64,000 nucleotides of DNA from Candidatus Marinacidobacterales bacterium. GTDB taxonomy: Bacteria > Acidobacteriota > Vicinamibacteria > Marinacidobacterales > DATDRI01. Under the pieces are notes generated by a model that ran no database searches, had not been told where the DNA came from, and saw only the letters and a program-made list of their open reading frames with translations. Both the position numbers and the translations under genes were made by a program. Shown here piece by piece: positions 11,340 to 23,464 of the stretch; the first letter of the stretch is position 1, and every line of letters starts with the position of its first letter. The DNA is taken from the NCBI GenBank assembly GCA_965219415.1, contig CBDCNP010000002.1, forward strand, positions 3,264,001 to 3,328,000, given 5' to 3'.

Positions 11340-13830
11340 TCACTCATAACGCAGCGCAACAACCGGTTCTACTCTGCCGGCTCGGCGTGCGGGGAGATAC
11401 GACGCAGCCAGCGCCACCACCATGAGCAGTACAGAGATGCCCACGTAGATCAGCGGATCGCTTGGGCTTACTCCGTAAAGGAGCGTCGAGATGAAACGCG
11501 TCATCGTGAGTGCGGGCACCAAGCCGATCGCAAGACCGGCTAGTGTCAGCGTGACGCCTTGGCCGACGACGAGTCGCAAGATATCCCCGCGCTGGGCGCC
11601 GAGAGCGAGTCGAACACCGATCTCTCGTGTCCTTTGTGTGACCGTGTAAGCGAGCACGCCGAAGATCCCGAGCGAGGCCAGGACTACCGCTAACGCGGCG
11701 AATATCCCGAACATCACCATGTTGAATCGCCAAGGCGCGAGCTCGCTCGCAACGATATCCTCCATCGTCGTGACTTTGCCTACTGGAAGAAGGTCGTCGA
11801 TGGCTTTGATCTGCGCCCTTACCGCTCCTGCAAGAGTTAGCGGATCGGAGCTGGTTCGGACCACCAGATGCCCAATCGCCAAAGGAGATTGAAGGTAAGG
11901 TAAATACAGATCCAATCGCGGTGCCTCGAGCTCCCGGAACCTGGCGTCCTCGACGACGCCGACCACCGTCCTCCAAACGACATTGCCCTCGTCATCCCAG
12001 TTGGTGGGGTAGGTGATGAGTCTCCTTCCGATCGCGCTCTCCTCGGGCCACATGCGTTTGGCGAGTGCCTCGCCGACCATCGCGACCGGAGGAGCTTCGG
12101 CGGTGTCCCGCTCGCTAAAGGTTCGACCCTCTAGAAGCCGTGTTCCCATGGCCCGGAAGTAGTCCGGCGTCACCGCCTCGTAATTCACCAAGGGATTCTC
12201 GTCGTAGGCCGCGACATCGGGAACCAAATGGACTCGAGTCTCGCCTTCTTCCTCGACGGTGATCTTGTCCCACGCCTTGGGCTGGCCCTCTACGATGTAC
12301 CAGAAGTCCCACCCGATGGCGCCAGATGCGAACGGGCGGTTCAGCACCGCGCCTGCGGTGTCGACCCCCGGAAGGGCGCCGATCCTCTCCAGGATTTCAT
12401 GCACCAACCGTCGCTTCTCGTCGATGGTCGGATACTTTTGGTCGCGATGGCCGACGATCATCGTTAGCACGCTCTCCGGTCGATAGCCGAGGTTCAGTCG
12501 TCTGAGGTTCCGGAAACTCTCCAGCATCAGGCCGGCGCCGACGAGCAAGACCAGCGCCATCGCGATCTCGAAAACGACCAGGAGGTTGCGAAGAAAGCGG
12601 CCGCTACGATCCTCCATCGCGCCCCTCGCGCCTTCTCTCAGGGAATCCGAGGCGCTGGCTCTTGACATCTCCCATGCTGGGAGGAGGCCGACCAAGAGAG
12701 CGGTCACCAGTCCAAGGCCGATCGTCACCGCCAACGCGATCCCGTCGATCGCCACAGCGTCGATTCGCGGCACGTCGCCGGGAGTCAGCTTCAGCAGCGT
12801 AGCCAGACTCCACGAAGAGCACCGCGCCTGCCAGGCAACCCGCCAATCCCAACAGCGAGCTCTCGATCAAGAGCTGGCGAATGATCCGCAGCCGACCGGC
12901 GCCCATCGCCAAGCGAACCGCAATCTCCTTTCGTCGGGAGACGGCTCGAACCAGGAAGAGGCTGGCCACGTTGGCACAGGCTGTGAGGAGAACGAGTCCC
13001 ACCGCGACCCAAAGTGCCAACAAAGCGGGACGCGTGTCGCTGCCCAGAAAGTGATCCCTGAGCGGTGTGATAGCTGCGCCTCTGGTTTCTGGAGCCGTCT
13101 CGTATTCCACAGACAAGCGGCTCGCGATGCTGGCAATTTCGCTCCTGGCTTGCTCGAGGGCCACGCTCGGCTTCATGCGGCCGATGACATACAAAACACC
13201 GAGGTTGCGTTTTTCGGCGAGCTCCGGTCCTGCCAAACCCCAAAGCTCGGCTCCCTTGGGGTACTGGAAATCGGGGGGCATGACCCCCACGATAGTGTGC
13301 GGGTTCCCAGAAAGATTGACGGACTTGCCGACGATATCGGCGTCGCTACCCAAGTGGCGTTGCCAAAAGCCGTAGCTCACCACGACGACCGGAGATGCGC
13401 CGGGGACATCTTCCTCGGCCCTAAACGTCCGACCGAAGTCGGGTGCCACACCGAGGGTCTCGAAGAAAGACGCCGATACACCGCGGAAAGCCACCGCGAC
13501 GGGATCGGTCTCCATCTTCAAGACCTTCGGCCAATTGCTGGAACCGAAGGCGGCCATGTCTTCGAAGAGTTGGCTCTGCTCGCGCCAATCGCGGAAGTTT
13601 GGATAGGAGACTTCAATGAGCGGGTTATCTGGTTCCTCTTCCCACAGAATGACCAGTCGTTCCTGGTCTTCGAAGGGAAGCGGACTGAGGAGCACGGCGT
13701 TGACAACGCTGAATATCGCGGTGTTCGCGCCGATGCCCAGGGCGAGCATCAAGACGGCAAGTGCGGTGAATCCCGGAGTCTTGAGCAGACTCCGGGCTCC
13801 GTAGCGGACGTCTTGCCAAAGGGTTTCCAT
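11340..13830 (-). CDS. ADOP-family ABC permease (frameshift near 12800)
   Basis: [33 protein letters not shown]; C-terminus [15 protein letters not shown]. Confidence 0.88.
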
Positions 13831-14275
13831 CACCAGAACCGCTTGTGGATCTCCAGGCCTTCTTCTTCGAGAATCGGGCCGCTCACTTCGATCTTGGGGA
13901 GCATGCGGCCGTAGGTGTCGCGACTCGAGATGTACCACCCCGCGCCACCCAAATTGGCCAGTGAGGATCCCCGAACCCCGTATACGATCTTGGGGATCCC
14001 CGCCCAATAGATCGACCCTTGACACATCAGGCAGGGCTCGGTGCTCGTGTAAAGGGTGGACTTCGCTAGCGTCTCGGGGTCGAAACGCTGGCCCGCCATC
14101 CGCACCAAATTGAGCTCGGCATGCCCGGTGACGTCCTTCTCGGTGACGACGGTATTCTCGGCCTCGAGAAGGGTCTCTCCATCCTTTAATAAGAGGGCGC
14201 CAAAAGGTGGTTCCCCTGCTCGATCGCTGTTTCGGCGAGGGCATAACATCTTTTTTTAATGAGATGGTCGTGCAT
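13830..14275 (-). CDS. Nucleoside/CMP-dCMP-type deaminase (frameshift near start)
   Basis: [23 protein letters not shown] zinc motifs. Confidence 0.85.
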
Positions 14276-14447
14276 TGCTCTCCTAGACTGTGGCTGATGG
14301 GGAATGGCCGCAGGCCTGCAAACAGGCGGGGCTCGCCGCAAGGGCGAAAATAAGGATCACCCGCCGAAGGAAGTCCAAAGCGACACCTCCACAGATAATA
14401 GGAACTTAGGTCAGGCGACCTGCGTATAGTATCGCGAGGGGAGCACG

Positions 14448-15576
14448 ATGCGATATTCGAGAGTTCTCTTCTTCGGCTCAAGCATGCTGCTTGCGGCCGT
14501 GCTCCACGCCGGACAATACGAAAAAATCTCCCCTGAGTGGGCCGAGAAATGGCGTGAGGACTTGACCTTCGCCCTCGAGAAATTGCCCGAAGTACACGCC
14601 AATCTGTATCACCGGCTCGGTCGCGATGAGTTAGAGGGAGCGGTCGTCCAGCTCGGGGCTCGGGTTCCGTCGATGACTCACTACGAGATCATCGTCGAGC
14701 TCGCCCGGATCATAGCGTCGGTGGAAGACGGACATACACCTGGAGGACACGCGGACCGTCTATTTCCAGTACAACGAGGTGTACGACAAGGAGGACGAGT
14801 CGATACCCGAGTTCGCCGACAGACTCTTCGGATTCATAGAGGAGAATCCGGTCGATAAGCTCGTCATCGATCTGCGCTTCAACCCGGGTGGTGACAACAG
14901 CCTGAATCAACCGTTCCTCCATGGCCTCATGCGGTGTTCGAAGGTCCAGAGAATCGGACAGCTCTACACCATCATAGGGCGAGGAACCTTCTCGGCCGCG
15001 ATGATGTTTGCGGTCGATCTGGAGAGACACACCAACACGATCTTCGTCGGCGAGCCGACCGGATCGCGTCCCAATCACTATGGCGATTCCCGGAAGCTAC
15101 GACTGCCCAACTCCGGAATTACGATTCGAGCGAGCACACTTTATTGGCAGTATTCCGATCCGCGAGACGACCGGCGGGCCATCGAACCACACATTCCGGC
15201 TGAACTGTCTTCGGCGGACTACCGAACCCAACGCGACCCCGCTCTGGATGCCATTCTATGGCCCCCGAAATCGACGTCGACCGATCCGGCTGGAAGGTGG
15301 AAGGGAACGATCAAGCCTGGCTATGGCACTCTGCCTATCGTCGTGGTTTTCGAGGAGCGTGAAGCCGAATGGCGCGCCACGATGGATATTCCCCAGCTCG
15401 ATGCAACGGGGCTGGCGCTCCAGGAGGTTGGCTTCGAGTCACCTACCGTGCGGTTCGGTTTGCCAGACGAGAGTGGTGTTATCTCCTTCGAAGGGGAAAT
15501 GGAAGGGGAGAGATTAATGGGAGAGGCGTCGCAAGGCGGGCGGCTCTTCCCGTTCGCCCTGTTTCGCGAACACTAG
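14448..15576 (+). pseudogene. S41-like secreted peptidase, internally deleted near 14737
   Basis: N-terminal WREDL..HANLYH..EDGHT joined out of frame to LVIDLRFNPGG..GRGTFSAA..VGEPTG catalytic half; middle region missing. Confidence 0.65.
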
Positions 15577-15586
15577 ATACAGGACA

Positions 15587-17467
15587 CTAGCTGCGGCCCT
15601 TTTGTCGGATCGGAAGGCGTATGTGGAAGGTGGTCCCTTGGCCGATCTGGCTCGCCACTTTGATATCGCCGCCGTGCTTCTTGATGATGTTGTAAGTATT
15701 GGACAGCCCCACGCGCATCCTCATCCGAGAATCCTTCTGGCTGAAGGTGATCTCGAACGGATTGGCGAGCTTCTCGGCGGGAATACCTCTCCCGGTGTCG
15801 GAGCTCTCGATGTAGACGTGGTCATCACCGGCCGAGGTCTTGATGGTGATCGAGCCGTCGCCGTCGAGCGCGTCGGAAGCATTGACGAGGAGTGTCATGA
15901 AGCACTGGTTGAGCTCACTGGCGTAGCACTCGATCTTGGGGAGCTGCGCCAGCTCTCGCTTTATGTCCACCCCTGGCGCCAGCTGGGGCCTTAGTAGCGT
16001 CAGTGTGCTTTCAATCCCTTGTGTGATATCGGCCAACTGAAGCTCGGCCTCATCGAGGTGGGAGAACTGTTTTAGGCTCGTAACGAGGTTCGAGATTCTC
16101 TCGCTTGCGACCACCGTGGTGCGCGCGGAGGAGTCGAGGATGTCGATTGCTCGTGTCCACGGTCCATTTTTTCTAAGGCGTTCTACCAATCCTTCTTTCT
16201 CGAGACCTTGCCGCATGAGATCCAGCGCTTGCCTTGAAAGGTTGGCATTGTTCTTGATGACCCCAATCGGCGTGTTGACCTCGTGAGAAATCCCTGCAAC
16301 CAAGCTTCCGAGCGCTGCCATCTTCTCCGACTGGACGAGCTGTGCCTGCATCCCCGCCAGCTCCACATAACGTAGCCGGTGGATCTCGGCCTCTTTCTCT
16401 GCGGTCTCCACGTTCACACGGATCTGGAGGTTCTTGACCTTGGTCGTGCTCTCGTCGTTGAAGATCTCATCCTTGAGTTGGTGGAACCGCTTGTGATGCT
16501 CGAGAGCCTTGTCGAGCTCACCGGTCGCTTCGTAAAGCGATGAGAGTGCTTCGTGGATCTTCAGCTCCGTCGGCTTGGCCTGGGTCTCCATGATCTCGCG
16601 AAGTGAGCTTTGAAGTGTGTCGCAAGCCTTGGCATTGTCACCCATTGCCAGGTAGACGTTACCGAGAGTCAGGAGAGTAATCGCGTTGACCTCTCGATTA
16701 GCGATGTTCTTGCCCGACTCCAGGCTGCGCAGACAATAATCCAATGCCTTGTCGATTTCGCCCATCTTCAGGTAGGCCTGAGCGACGTTCGCGAGGGCCG
16801 CCGCTGCGCCGAGGTGGATCCCTTGTTCTTGGGCTTTGCTGACCGCTTGTTGGTGGTGCTCCAGAGCCTTATCGTACTCCCCGATTTTTTCGTAGAGAAT
16901 CCCCAACATGCCCAACGCTCGACCCTCGCCAACCGGATAGGGAATCTCTCGGAACAAATCTAGCGCCCGGTGATGGTTCTCTAGGGCTAGTTGATGGTCA
17001 CCGGTCTCGGTATAGATGAACCCGATGTTGTGCAGCGCCCAAGCCTCGCCCAGTTTCGAGCCAACCTCTTTGCTGATAGCCAAGCAAGAGAGGGCTGCCT
17101 TCAAGGCTTCAGGGTAGCTGCCGAGCCGAGAGTAGATTAGCGATAGGGTGTTGACGGCCGTCGCCTTCCCGAGCTTCTCGTCGAGCTCTCTGATAGCGGT
17201 GCGGGTGTATTGCGCGGCTTCTTCGAGATTCGAAAACACCAACTGGCAATAGCCGATCGTCCGGTTCCCGAGGCCGACGCCTTTCTTGTAGTCGACCTGC
17301 CCCGATAGCCGTGAGGCCTCTTGGGCAAGTTCCAAGGCCCGTTTGGTCTGGGTGAGGCCGATCTCCCAGGCGAGATCATTGAGCGCATCGATCCGTGCGG
17401 TCGATTGAGGATCGCCTGCGGAGAGCTCCTGCAATCTCGCTTCGAGCTTTTCGACGGTCTCGTTCAT
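15587..17467 (-). CDS. TPR-repeat sensor histidine kinase
   Basis: Multiple TPRs; QLVQSEKMAALGSLVAGISHEVNTP H-box; N, G1 (DTGRGI) and G2 boxes. Confidence 0.9.
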   Translation of the reverse strand: MNETVEKLEARLQELSAGDPQSTARIDALNDLAWEIGLTQTKRALELAQEASRLSGQVDYKKGVGLGNRTIGYCQLVFSNLEEAAQYTRTAIRELDEKLGKATAVNTLSLIYSRLGSYPEALKAALSCLAISKEVGSKLGEAWALHNIGFIYTETGDHQLALENHHRALDLFREIPYPVGEGRALGMLGILYEKIGEYDKALEHHQQAVSKAQEQGIHLGAAAALANVAQAYLKMGEIDKALDYCLRSLESGKNIANREVNAITLLTLGNVYLAMGDNAKACDTLQSSLREIMETQAKPTELKIHEALSSLYEATGELDKALEHHKRFHQLKDEIFNDESTTKVKNLQIRVNVETAEKEAEIHRLRYVELAGMQAQLVQSEKMAALGSLVAGISHEVNTPIGVIKNNANLSRQALDLMRQGLEKEGLVERLRKNGPWTRAIDILDSSARTTVVASERISNLVTSLKQFSHLDEAELQLADITQGIESTLTLLRPQLAPGVDIKRELAQLPKIECYASELNQCFMTLLVNASDALDGDGSITIKTSAGDDHVYIESSDTGRGIPAEKLANPFEITFSQKDSRMRMRVGLSNTYNIIKKHGGDIKVASQIGQGTTFHIRLPIRQKGRS

Positions 17468-18204
17468 GGGGATTTACTCATCACGTAGAACACGTAGCCG
17501 TACGCGTCCGAATAACGGCGATAGAGATCGATTTCCTTCTGCTCGCCTTCCAGAGCTTCGAAGATGGCTGGTTCTTGAGAATGTTGTTCTCGAAGCTCAG
17601 AAATCCGTTTCTCCATGGGCCCATAGTAGCCATCCCACCATGCCGTTTCAGGGAGGGTGAAAGAGTCGATAAGCGAATATCCGGATTCCTCGATTGTGTC
17701 CGCGTTCCCGGCTATGGTCTGCATCGCGGGATAGGCCTCTCCAAAGAAACTAGTCACCTCTTCCGGAGAAGAGTCGACGAGCCAGCTGAGCTCGGTCACC
17801 GCCATAGAACCAAGGGGCCTCAGATACGGCCTCCAAGAGGTCAGCCCCTTTTGGAACCCAATGATATAGATGGACCCTTCCGCCCAAACAAGATCGAATG
17901 ACGCATCATCGAAACGCATGTCCTCCATGGAACCGCATTTGGAATGGACCCGCTCGTCGAGTCCCTGATTTCGAGCGCGGGTTTGGAGCTCGTCGAGGTA
18001 GGGTTGGTGGTTATCGACGGCGGTGATTTCACCATCGGTCTCCCTCGCCAAGATGAGGGTTTGTCGTCCCGGGCCACATCCCACGTCGAGGATCTTCGGT
18101 CGCGCCGGCAGACTAGGCACCAGAGAAAGTGCCCTCACCGTCGAGTCTTCGGAGCCCGGTGCCTCTTGGGGGAGACCTTTGTGAATCTCGAAAAAGACGT
18201 CCAT
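17464..18204 (-). CDS. Class I SAM-dependent methyltransferase
   Basis: ILDVGCGPG motif I; FDLVWAEGSIY. Confidence 0.9.
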   Translation of the reverse strand: MDVFFEIHKGLPQEAPGSEDSTVRALSLVPSLPARPKILDVGCGPGRQTLILARETDGEITAVDNHQPYLDELQTRARNQGLDERVHSKCGSMEDMRFDDASFDLVWAEGSIYIIGFQKGLTSWRPYLRPLGSMAVTELSWLVDSSPEEVTSFFGEAYPAMQTIAGNADTIEESGYSLIDSFTLPETAWWDGYYGPMEKRISELREQHSQEPAIFEALEGEQKEIDLYRRYSDAYGYVFYVMSKSP

Positions 18205-18258
18205 GACGCGTTCCGCCTTGCCGCTATAATACCGCAGCCAAAATAAGGAGCACTTGCC

Positions 18259-20358
18259 ATGACAAGCCTACGGCACGGTTTAGCTTTCTGTATAGCGAGC
18301 ATCACATTGGCCGGCCCGGCCACGTTGGGGTTTGCCACTGAAGAGACTGAAGAGACCGAACGATGGGACGATCGAATCAATCCGCTCGATGTCTTTCAGT
18401 TGGAGTGGGCCACCGATCCCCAGATTTCGCCTGACGGCAATCGAATCGTCTACGTCAGGAACTTCATGGACATCATGAAGGATCGGCGACGATCGAACCT
18501 GTGGGTGGTCTCGGTCGATGGGTCAGACCATCGGCCGGTTACCACCGGCAACGAGAACCACTCTTCGCCCCGATGGTCTCCCGATGGGAAGCGCTTGGTT
18601 TTCGTGTCGAACACGGACGGCTCGGTTCAAGTGTATATGCGCTGGATGGACACCGGGCAGACGGCCAAGCTGACTGATCTAACGACCGCGCCGAGTGGGC
18701 TCTCCTGGTCTCCGGACGGAAAAAAGATCGCGTTTTCGATGCAGCTGCCGGAGAGCACCAAACCTTACGTGAACCTCGAGGCCAGCCCCGAAGGAGCCGA
18801 TTGGGCCAGCCCACCTAAGATGATCGACAAACTCATCTATCGTTTCGACGGCCGAGGCTATTTGAGGGATGGCTATCATCATTTGTTCGTTCTTCCGGCC
18901 GAGGGTGGTACGCCTCGCCAGCTAACCACCGGAAAGTACAACCACCGAGGCCAGCCGCGCTGGACGCCGGACGGAAAGTCTCTGATCTTTTCTGCTAACC
19001 GTCACCCCGATTGGGAGTACGAGTCGAGAGACTCGGAGCTCTACGAGGTGTCCTTGTCCGATCGCTCCATCCGCGCGTTGACCGATCGGAGGGGACCCGA
19101 CCACAGCCCCGCCATATCCCCGGATGGGAAGCGGATCACCTATCTAGGCTACGACGATCACTATCAGGGCTATCAGGTGACGCAACTCTACGTGATGGAT
19201 CGAGATGGGGGCGACAAGCAACGGATCGCCACCGATTTCGATCGCAGTATTGCGAGCCCGGTGTGGAGTAGGGACGGGAAGGGCCTTTTCTTCCTCTACA
19301 ACAACGAGGGCAACGGCAAGATCGGCTTCGTCTCGCCCAGCGGGAAGGTGGAAACGCTGGCGGAGAACGTCGGTGCCAGCATCGGTCGTCCGTACTCCGG
19401 CGGATCGTTCTCGCTGGCGTCGGACGGCAAGTTTGCCTTTACCGAGTCGCGTCCCCATCAGCCTGCGGACGTCGCGGTGGGCAGCAGAGCCGCCTCCGGC
19501 ACGCGACGCGTGACGTCTTTGAACCAGGATCTGCTGGGGCACAAGGAGCTAGGTCGCGTGGAAGAGATCTGGTACGAGTCTTCCTTCGATGGCAGGAAAA
19601 TTCAGGGTTGGATCGTCGAGCCACCGGGGTTCGATCCCGCAAGGAAGTATCCGCTCATTTTGGAGATTCATGGTGGTCCCTTCGCCAACTACGGCGATCG
19701 TTTCTCGGCCGAGGTGCAGCTCTTCGCGGCGGCGGGGTACGTCGTGCTCTACACCAATCCCCGCGGTAGTTCGAGCTACGGTGAAGAATTCGGGAACCTC
19801 ATCCATCACAGCTATCCCGGACAAGATTACGATGACTTGATGTCCGGGATCGACGCGGCGATCGTGCGTGGCAATGTAGACGAAGACAACCTCTTCGTAA
19901 CGGGCGGAAGTGGCGGAGGTGTGTTGACGGCGTGGATCGTCGGGAAGACCGATCGGTTTCGCGCCGCGGTTTCCGCCAAACCGGTCATCAACTGGTATAG
20001 CTGGGTGCTGAACGCGGATATACCGATCATGTATAAGTATTGGTTTCCTGGATTCCCTTGGGACGAGACGGAGCATTACATGAAGCGCTCGCCGATCTCG
20101 TTGGCGGGAAATGTCACGACACCGACGATGGTCCTGACCGGCGAGGCCGATCACCGTACGCCGATGTCGGAGTCGGAGCAATTTTACATGGCACTCAAGC
20201 TGCGCAAGGTCGACACTGCACTCGTCCGAGTTCCCGATGCCTCGCACGGTATCGCCAGTCGCCCGAGCAACCTGATGGCCAAGGTGGCCTATATTCTCAA
20301 GTGGTTCGAGTCCCATCGGACGACGGAGGACGTCGAAGCGACGACCGCGCCGGACTAG
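18259..20358 (+). CDS. S9 family peptidase (acylaminoacyl/dipeptidyl peptidase)
   Basis: PD40 repeats (SPRWSPDG), IHGGP, GGSGGG nucleophile elbow, GEADHR, ASHG. Confidence 0.92.
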   Translation: MTSLRHGLAFCIASITLAGPATLGFATEETEETERWDDRINPLDVFQLEWATDPQISPDGNRIVYVRNFMDIMKDRRRSNLWVVSVDGSDHRPVTTGNENHSSPRWSPDGKRLVFVSNTDGSVQVYMRWMDTGQTAKLTDLTTAPSGLSWSPDGKKIAFSMQLPESTKPYVNLEASPEGADWASPPKMIDKLIYRFDGRGYLRDGYHHLFVLPAEGGTPRQLTTGKYNHRGQPRWTPDGKSLIFSANRHPDWEYESRDSELYEVSLSDRSIRALTDRRGPDHSPAISPDGKRITYLGYDDHYQGYQVTQLYVMDRDGGDKQRIATDFDRSIASPVWSRDGKGLFFLYNNEGNGKIGFVSPSGKVETLAENVGASIGRPYSGGSFSLASDGKFAFTESRPHQPADVAVGSRAASGTRRVTSLNQDLLGHKELGRVEEIWYESSFDGRKIQGWIVEPPGFDPARKYPLILEIHGGPFANYGDRFSAEVQLFAAAGYVVLYTNPRGSSSYGEEFGNLIHHSYPGQDYDDLMSGIDAAIVRGNVDEDNLFVTGGSGGGVLTAWIVGKTDRFRAAVSAKPVINWYSWVLNADIPIMYKYWFPGFPWDETEHYMKRSPISLAGNVTTPTMVLTGEADHRTPMSESEQFYMALKLRKVDTALVRVPDASHGIASRPSNLMAKVAYILKWFESHRTTEDVEATTAPD

Positions 20359-20379
20359 AGTTCTTGTTAGAGTGTGAGC

Positions 20380-21534
20380 ATGAACCGTTGGGTTAAGAGG
20401 GGCGCCGTTGCAGTCGGGCTGATAATTCTTATCATTCTGCTCCAGTTTACTATCTTTGCGCCGGAACCGGTGCCGGTGGAAGTCGTTACCGTCGCGCCGG
20501 GCCTGGTCGAAGAAACGGTGACGAACTCTCAGGCGGGAACGGTCCGTGCTCGGAAAAGGGCGAAGCTTTCGCCAGAATTCGGCGGGACGGTGGTCTCGAT
20601 TCCCTTTCGAGAGGGAGCCCGAGTTTCAAAAGGCGCGGTGGTGCTTCGGCTCGACGATCAGCTGCAAAAGGCGGAGCTGAGCCTCGCCGAACGTGAGCTC
20701 GAGACCGCAGACGCGCAGCACGACCAGGCGTGCTTCGCCGCGGAAAGGGCGGCCCGGGAGAAAAAGCGCTTCAGCCGGTTAGCCGAGGATGAGATAGCGT
20801 CACAGTCGCTACTGGACGAAGCGAGCACCGAGGCCGATCGAGCGGCGGCTGCTTGCCAAGCCGCGGCGGCAAGTGTTGAGCGGGCGAGGGCTTCGATCGT
20901 ACTCGCCCGCACGAAGTTGGAGAAGACCGTACTGCGCGCGCCGTTCGACGGGGTAGTCGCGGAGCTGACGACGGAGGTGGGTGAGTGGGCGTCGCCCTCG
21001 CCCCCGGCACTTCCCATACCTCCCGTCGTCGATATCCTCGATCCCGAGACCATCTACATAAGTGCCCCCATGGACGAAGTGGACTCGGCGCAGATCGTTT
21101 CCGAACAGCCGGCGCGAGTGACCGTCGACTCTTTTCGGGGAAAAGGCTTCTCCGGCCGAGTGAGTCGAGTGGCGCCCTATGTCCTCGACCTCGAAGCGCA
21201 GAACCGCACGGTGGAGATAGAGGTGGAGCTCGATGACACGGCGATCTCCCATCGTTTGTTGCCGGGAACGTCGGCCGACGTGGAAGTGATTCTCCAGAAG
21301 CGAACGGGAGTCCTGCGTATCCCTACCCACGCGCTCCTAGAAGGGGAGCAAGTTCTTCTCGTGGAGGACGATCGGCTCGTAGCACGAGACGTCGAAATCG
21401 GGCTCAGCAACTGGGACTATACGGAGATCGTGAGTGGGCTCGGGGCCGGCGAGGAGGTCGTCGTCTCGCTCGACCGCCCCGAGGTTCAGCCGGGCGCGTC
21501 GGCGGTAGTCGAGAAGAGCCAAGGCGCACCGTGA
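20380..21534 (+). CDS. Efflux periplasmic adaptor (MacA/HlyD-like)
   Basis: G-V-KG barrel, helical hairpin, LRAPFDGVV, LLPGTSADVEV. Confidence 0.88.
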   Translation: MNRWVKRGAVAVGLIILIILLQFTIFAPEPVPVEVVTVAPGLVEETVTNSQAGTVRARKRAKLSPEFGGTVVSIPFREGARVSKGAVVLRLDDQLQKAELSLAERELETADAQHDQACFAAERAAREKKRFSRLAEDEIASQSLLDEASTEADRAAAACQAAAASVERARASIVLARTKLEKTVLRAPFDGVVAELTTEVGEWASPSPPALPIPPVVDILDPETIYISAPMDEVDSAQIVSEQPARVTVDSFRGKGFSGRVSRVAPYVLDLEAQNRTVEIEVELDDTAISHRLLPGTSADVEVILQKRTGVLRIPTHALLEGEQVLLVEDDRLVARDVEIGLSNWDYTEIVSGLGAGEEVVVSLDRPEVQPGASAVVEKSQGAP

Positions 21535-22256
21535 TCCGTCTGGAGGGAATCGGCCGAACCTTCGTCGTCGGTGGCCGGCCGGTTCACGCGCTGGTCGATG
21601 TTCACGAGCGGATCGAGTCGGGTGAGCACATCGCCATCATGGGCCCTTCCGGCTCCGGAAAGTCGACCCTGCTCAATGTCATTGGGCTCCTCGATCGACC
21701 TTCCTCCGGCTCCTACTGGCTCGATGATCGAGAAGTGTCGAAGCTCGACGAGCTCGAGCTGACCCAAGTCCGGCGCCACCGCATCGGATTCGTTTTTCAG
21801 TTCTTTCACCTCGTTGCGCGTCTCACCGCCCTCGAAAACGTGGAGCTTCCGATGATCTTTGCCGGGATCTCTCGTGAGGAGCGAAGGAAGAAGGCATCCG
21901 AGTTGCTGAAAGCCGTTGGCATAGGCGACCGGATCGATCATCGCCCGGATCAACTCTCGGGCGGGGAACAGCAACGCGTCGCGCTCGCTCGTGCCACGGT
22001 AATGGGCCCCGGGCTTTTACTGGCCGACGAGCCCACCGGTAACCTGGACACGGCGCCCGGGAAACAGGTACTCGATCTGCTGGGCGAGATGAACGACAAC
22101 GGTCTGACCCTAGTGGTGGTGACTCACGATCCAGACGTCGCGCGCCGGGCCGACCGCATTCTCATACTCGCCGACGGGCGAATCGCGCGCCGCTTGAGTG
22201 GCGTTGAGATTGCACAGGTCGCTGGTTTTTCCGATCTGGCCGGTGGGCGAACGTGA
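21531..22256 (+). CDS. ABC transporter ATP-binding protein (MacB/LolD-like)
   Basis: [33 protein letters not shown]. Confidence 0.93.
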   Translation: MIRLEGIGRTFVVGGRPVHALVDVHERIESGEHIAIMGPSGSGKSTLLNVIGLLDRPSSGSYWLDDREVSKLDELELTQVRRHRIGFVFQFFHLVARLTALENVELPMIFAGISREERRKKASELLKAVGIGDRIDHRPDQLSGGEQQRVALARATVMGPGLLLADEPTGNLDTAPGKQVLDLLGEMNDNGLTLVVVTHDPDVARRADRILILADGRIARRLSGVEIAQVAGFSDLAGGRT

Positions 22257-23455
22257 GTTTCCCGGATCTACTGCGCTACGCGGTCCGTGCCCTGGTGGGG
22301 CGTCGCTTGCGCGCCGTGTTGAGCCTGCTGGGAATGGCGATCGGCGTCGCGTCGGTAGTGGTGCTGACCGCGTTGGGTCAAGGAGCGCTCACCTACGTCT
22401 CCGATCAGTTCGGAAACATCGGCACCAATATCCTAATCGTGGTTCCCGGAAAAACGGAGACCACGGGAGGTTTTCCGGGGGCGGGTGGCACACCGAACGA
22501 CCTGACGCTCGACGACTTCGAAGCGCTGGTCCGCAGCATGAGGGAAGTGCAACGAGCCGCACCGATCGCGATGGCCACCGCCGCCGTCTCCCATGGAGAA
22601 CGTTCACGGCAGGTGGCGGTCGTGGGCACGACCGATCAGTTTCTGGCGGTTCGCAATCTGGCGCTGGGGCGAGGACGGTTTCTACCCGAGGGGGAGATCG
22701 ATCGCGGGACGGCGGTCGCGGTCATCGGAGAGAGAGTAGCCCGGGAGCTCTTCCCCGCACAGGACCCGTTAGGCGAGGTCATTCGAATCGACGACGCACG
22801 CATGAGAGTGATCGGACTCCTGGCCCCGAAAGGAGTGCAGCTCGGTCTCGATCTCGACGACATGGTGGTGGTTCCGGTTTCGTCGGCGATGCGCCTATTC
22901 AATCGCAGTACCCTTTTTCGCATTATCTTGGAAGTTCGGCCCACTGCCGATCTCGGACTCGCCTGCGACAAGGTCACACGAATCATGGCCGAGCGTCATG
23001 ATGAAGAAGACGTCACCTGTATCAGGCAGGACGCGGTGGTCGAGACGTTCTCTTCTATTCTCGGAACACTGACCTTGGTGCTGGTGGCGATCGCCTCGAT
23101 CTCTCTCACCGTTGCCGGCATCGGGATCATGAACGTCATGCTGGTATCGGTCTCGGAGCGTAGGCCAGAAGTCGGTTTGTTGAAAGCAGTGGGTGTCGCG
23201 CCCAGGCAGATTATTGCGGTGTTCGTAACCGAGGCCGCCCTGCTGTCGACCGCGGGAGGTCTCGTGGGCCTTGCAATCGGTTGGTTGGTGGTCACGGTAC
23301 TGGTCGGAATCTATCCCGATCTGCCGGCGAGCCCGCCGGCCTGGGCGGTGGCCGCTGCGTTGGCTGTCTCCACGGTCGTTGGAATGATTTTCGGCGTGCT
23401 ACCCGCTCGTCGCGCCGCTCGCCTCGACCCCATCACCGCGTTGGCCCGCCGGTAG
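22253..23455 (+). CDS. ABC transporter permease (MacB/FtsX-like)
   Basis: SLLGMAIGVASVV; GIGIMNVMLVSVSERRPEVGLLKAVG. Confidence 0.9.
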   Translation: MSFPDLLRYAVRALVGRRLRAVLSLLGMAIGVASVVVLTALGQGALTYVSDQFGNIGTNILIVVPGKTETTGGFPGAGGTPNDLTLDDFEALVRSMREVQRAAPIAMATAAVSHGERSRQVAVVGTTDQFLAVRNLALGRGRFLPEGEIDRGTAVAVIGERVARELFPAQDPLGEVIRIDDARMRVIGLLAPKGVQLGLDLDDMVVVPVSSAMRLFNRSTLFRIILEVRPTADLGLACDKVTRIMAERHDEEDVTCIRQDAVVETFSSILGTLTLVLVAIASISLTVAGIGIMNVMLVSVSERRPEVGLLKAVGVAPRQIIAVFVTEAALLSTAGGLVGLAIGWLVVTVLVGIYPDLPASPPAWAVAAALAVSTVVGMIFGVLPARRAARLDPITALARR

Positions 23456-23464
23456 GGTTAGAAG

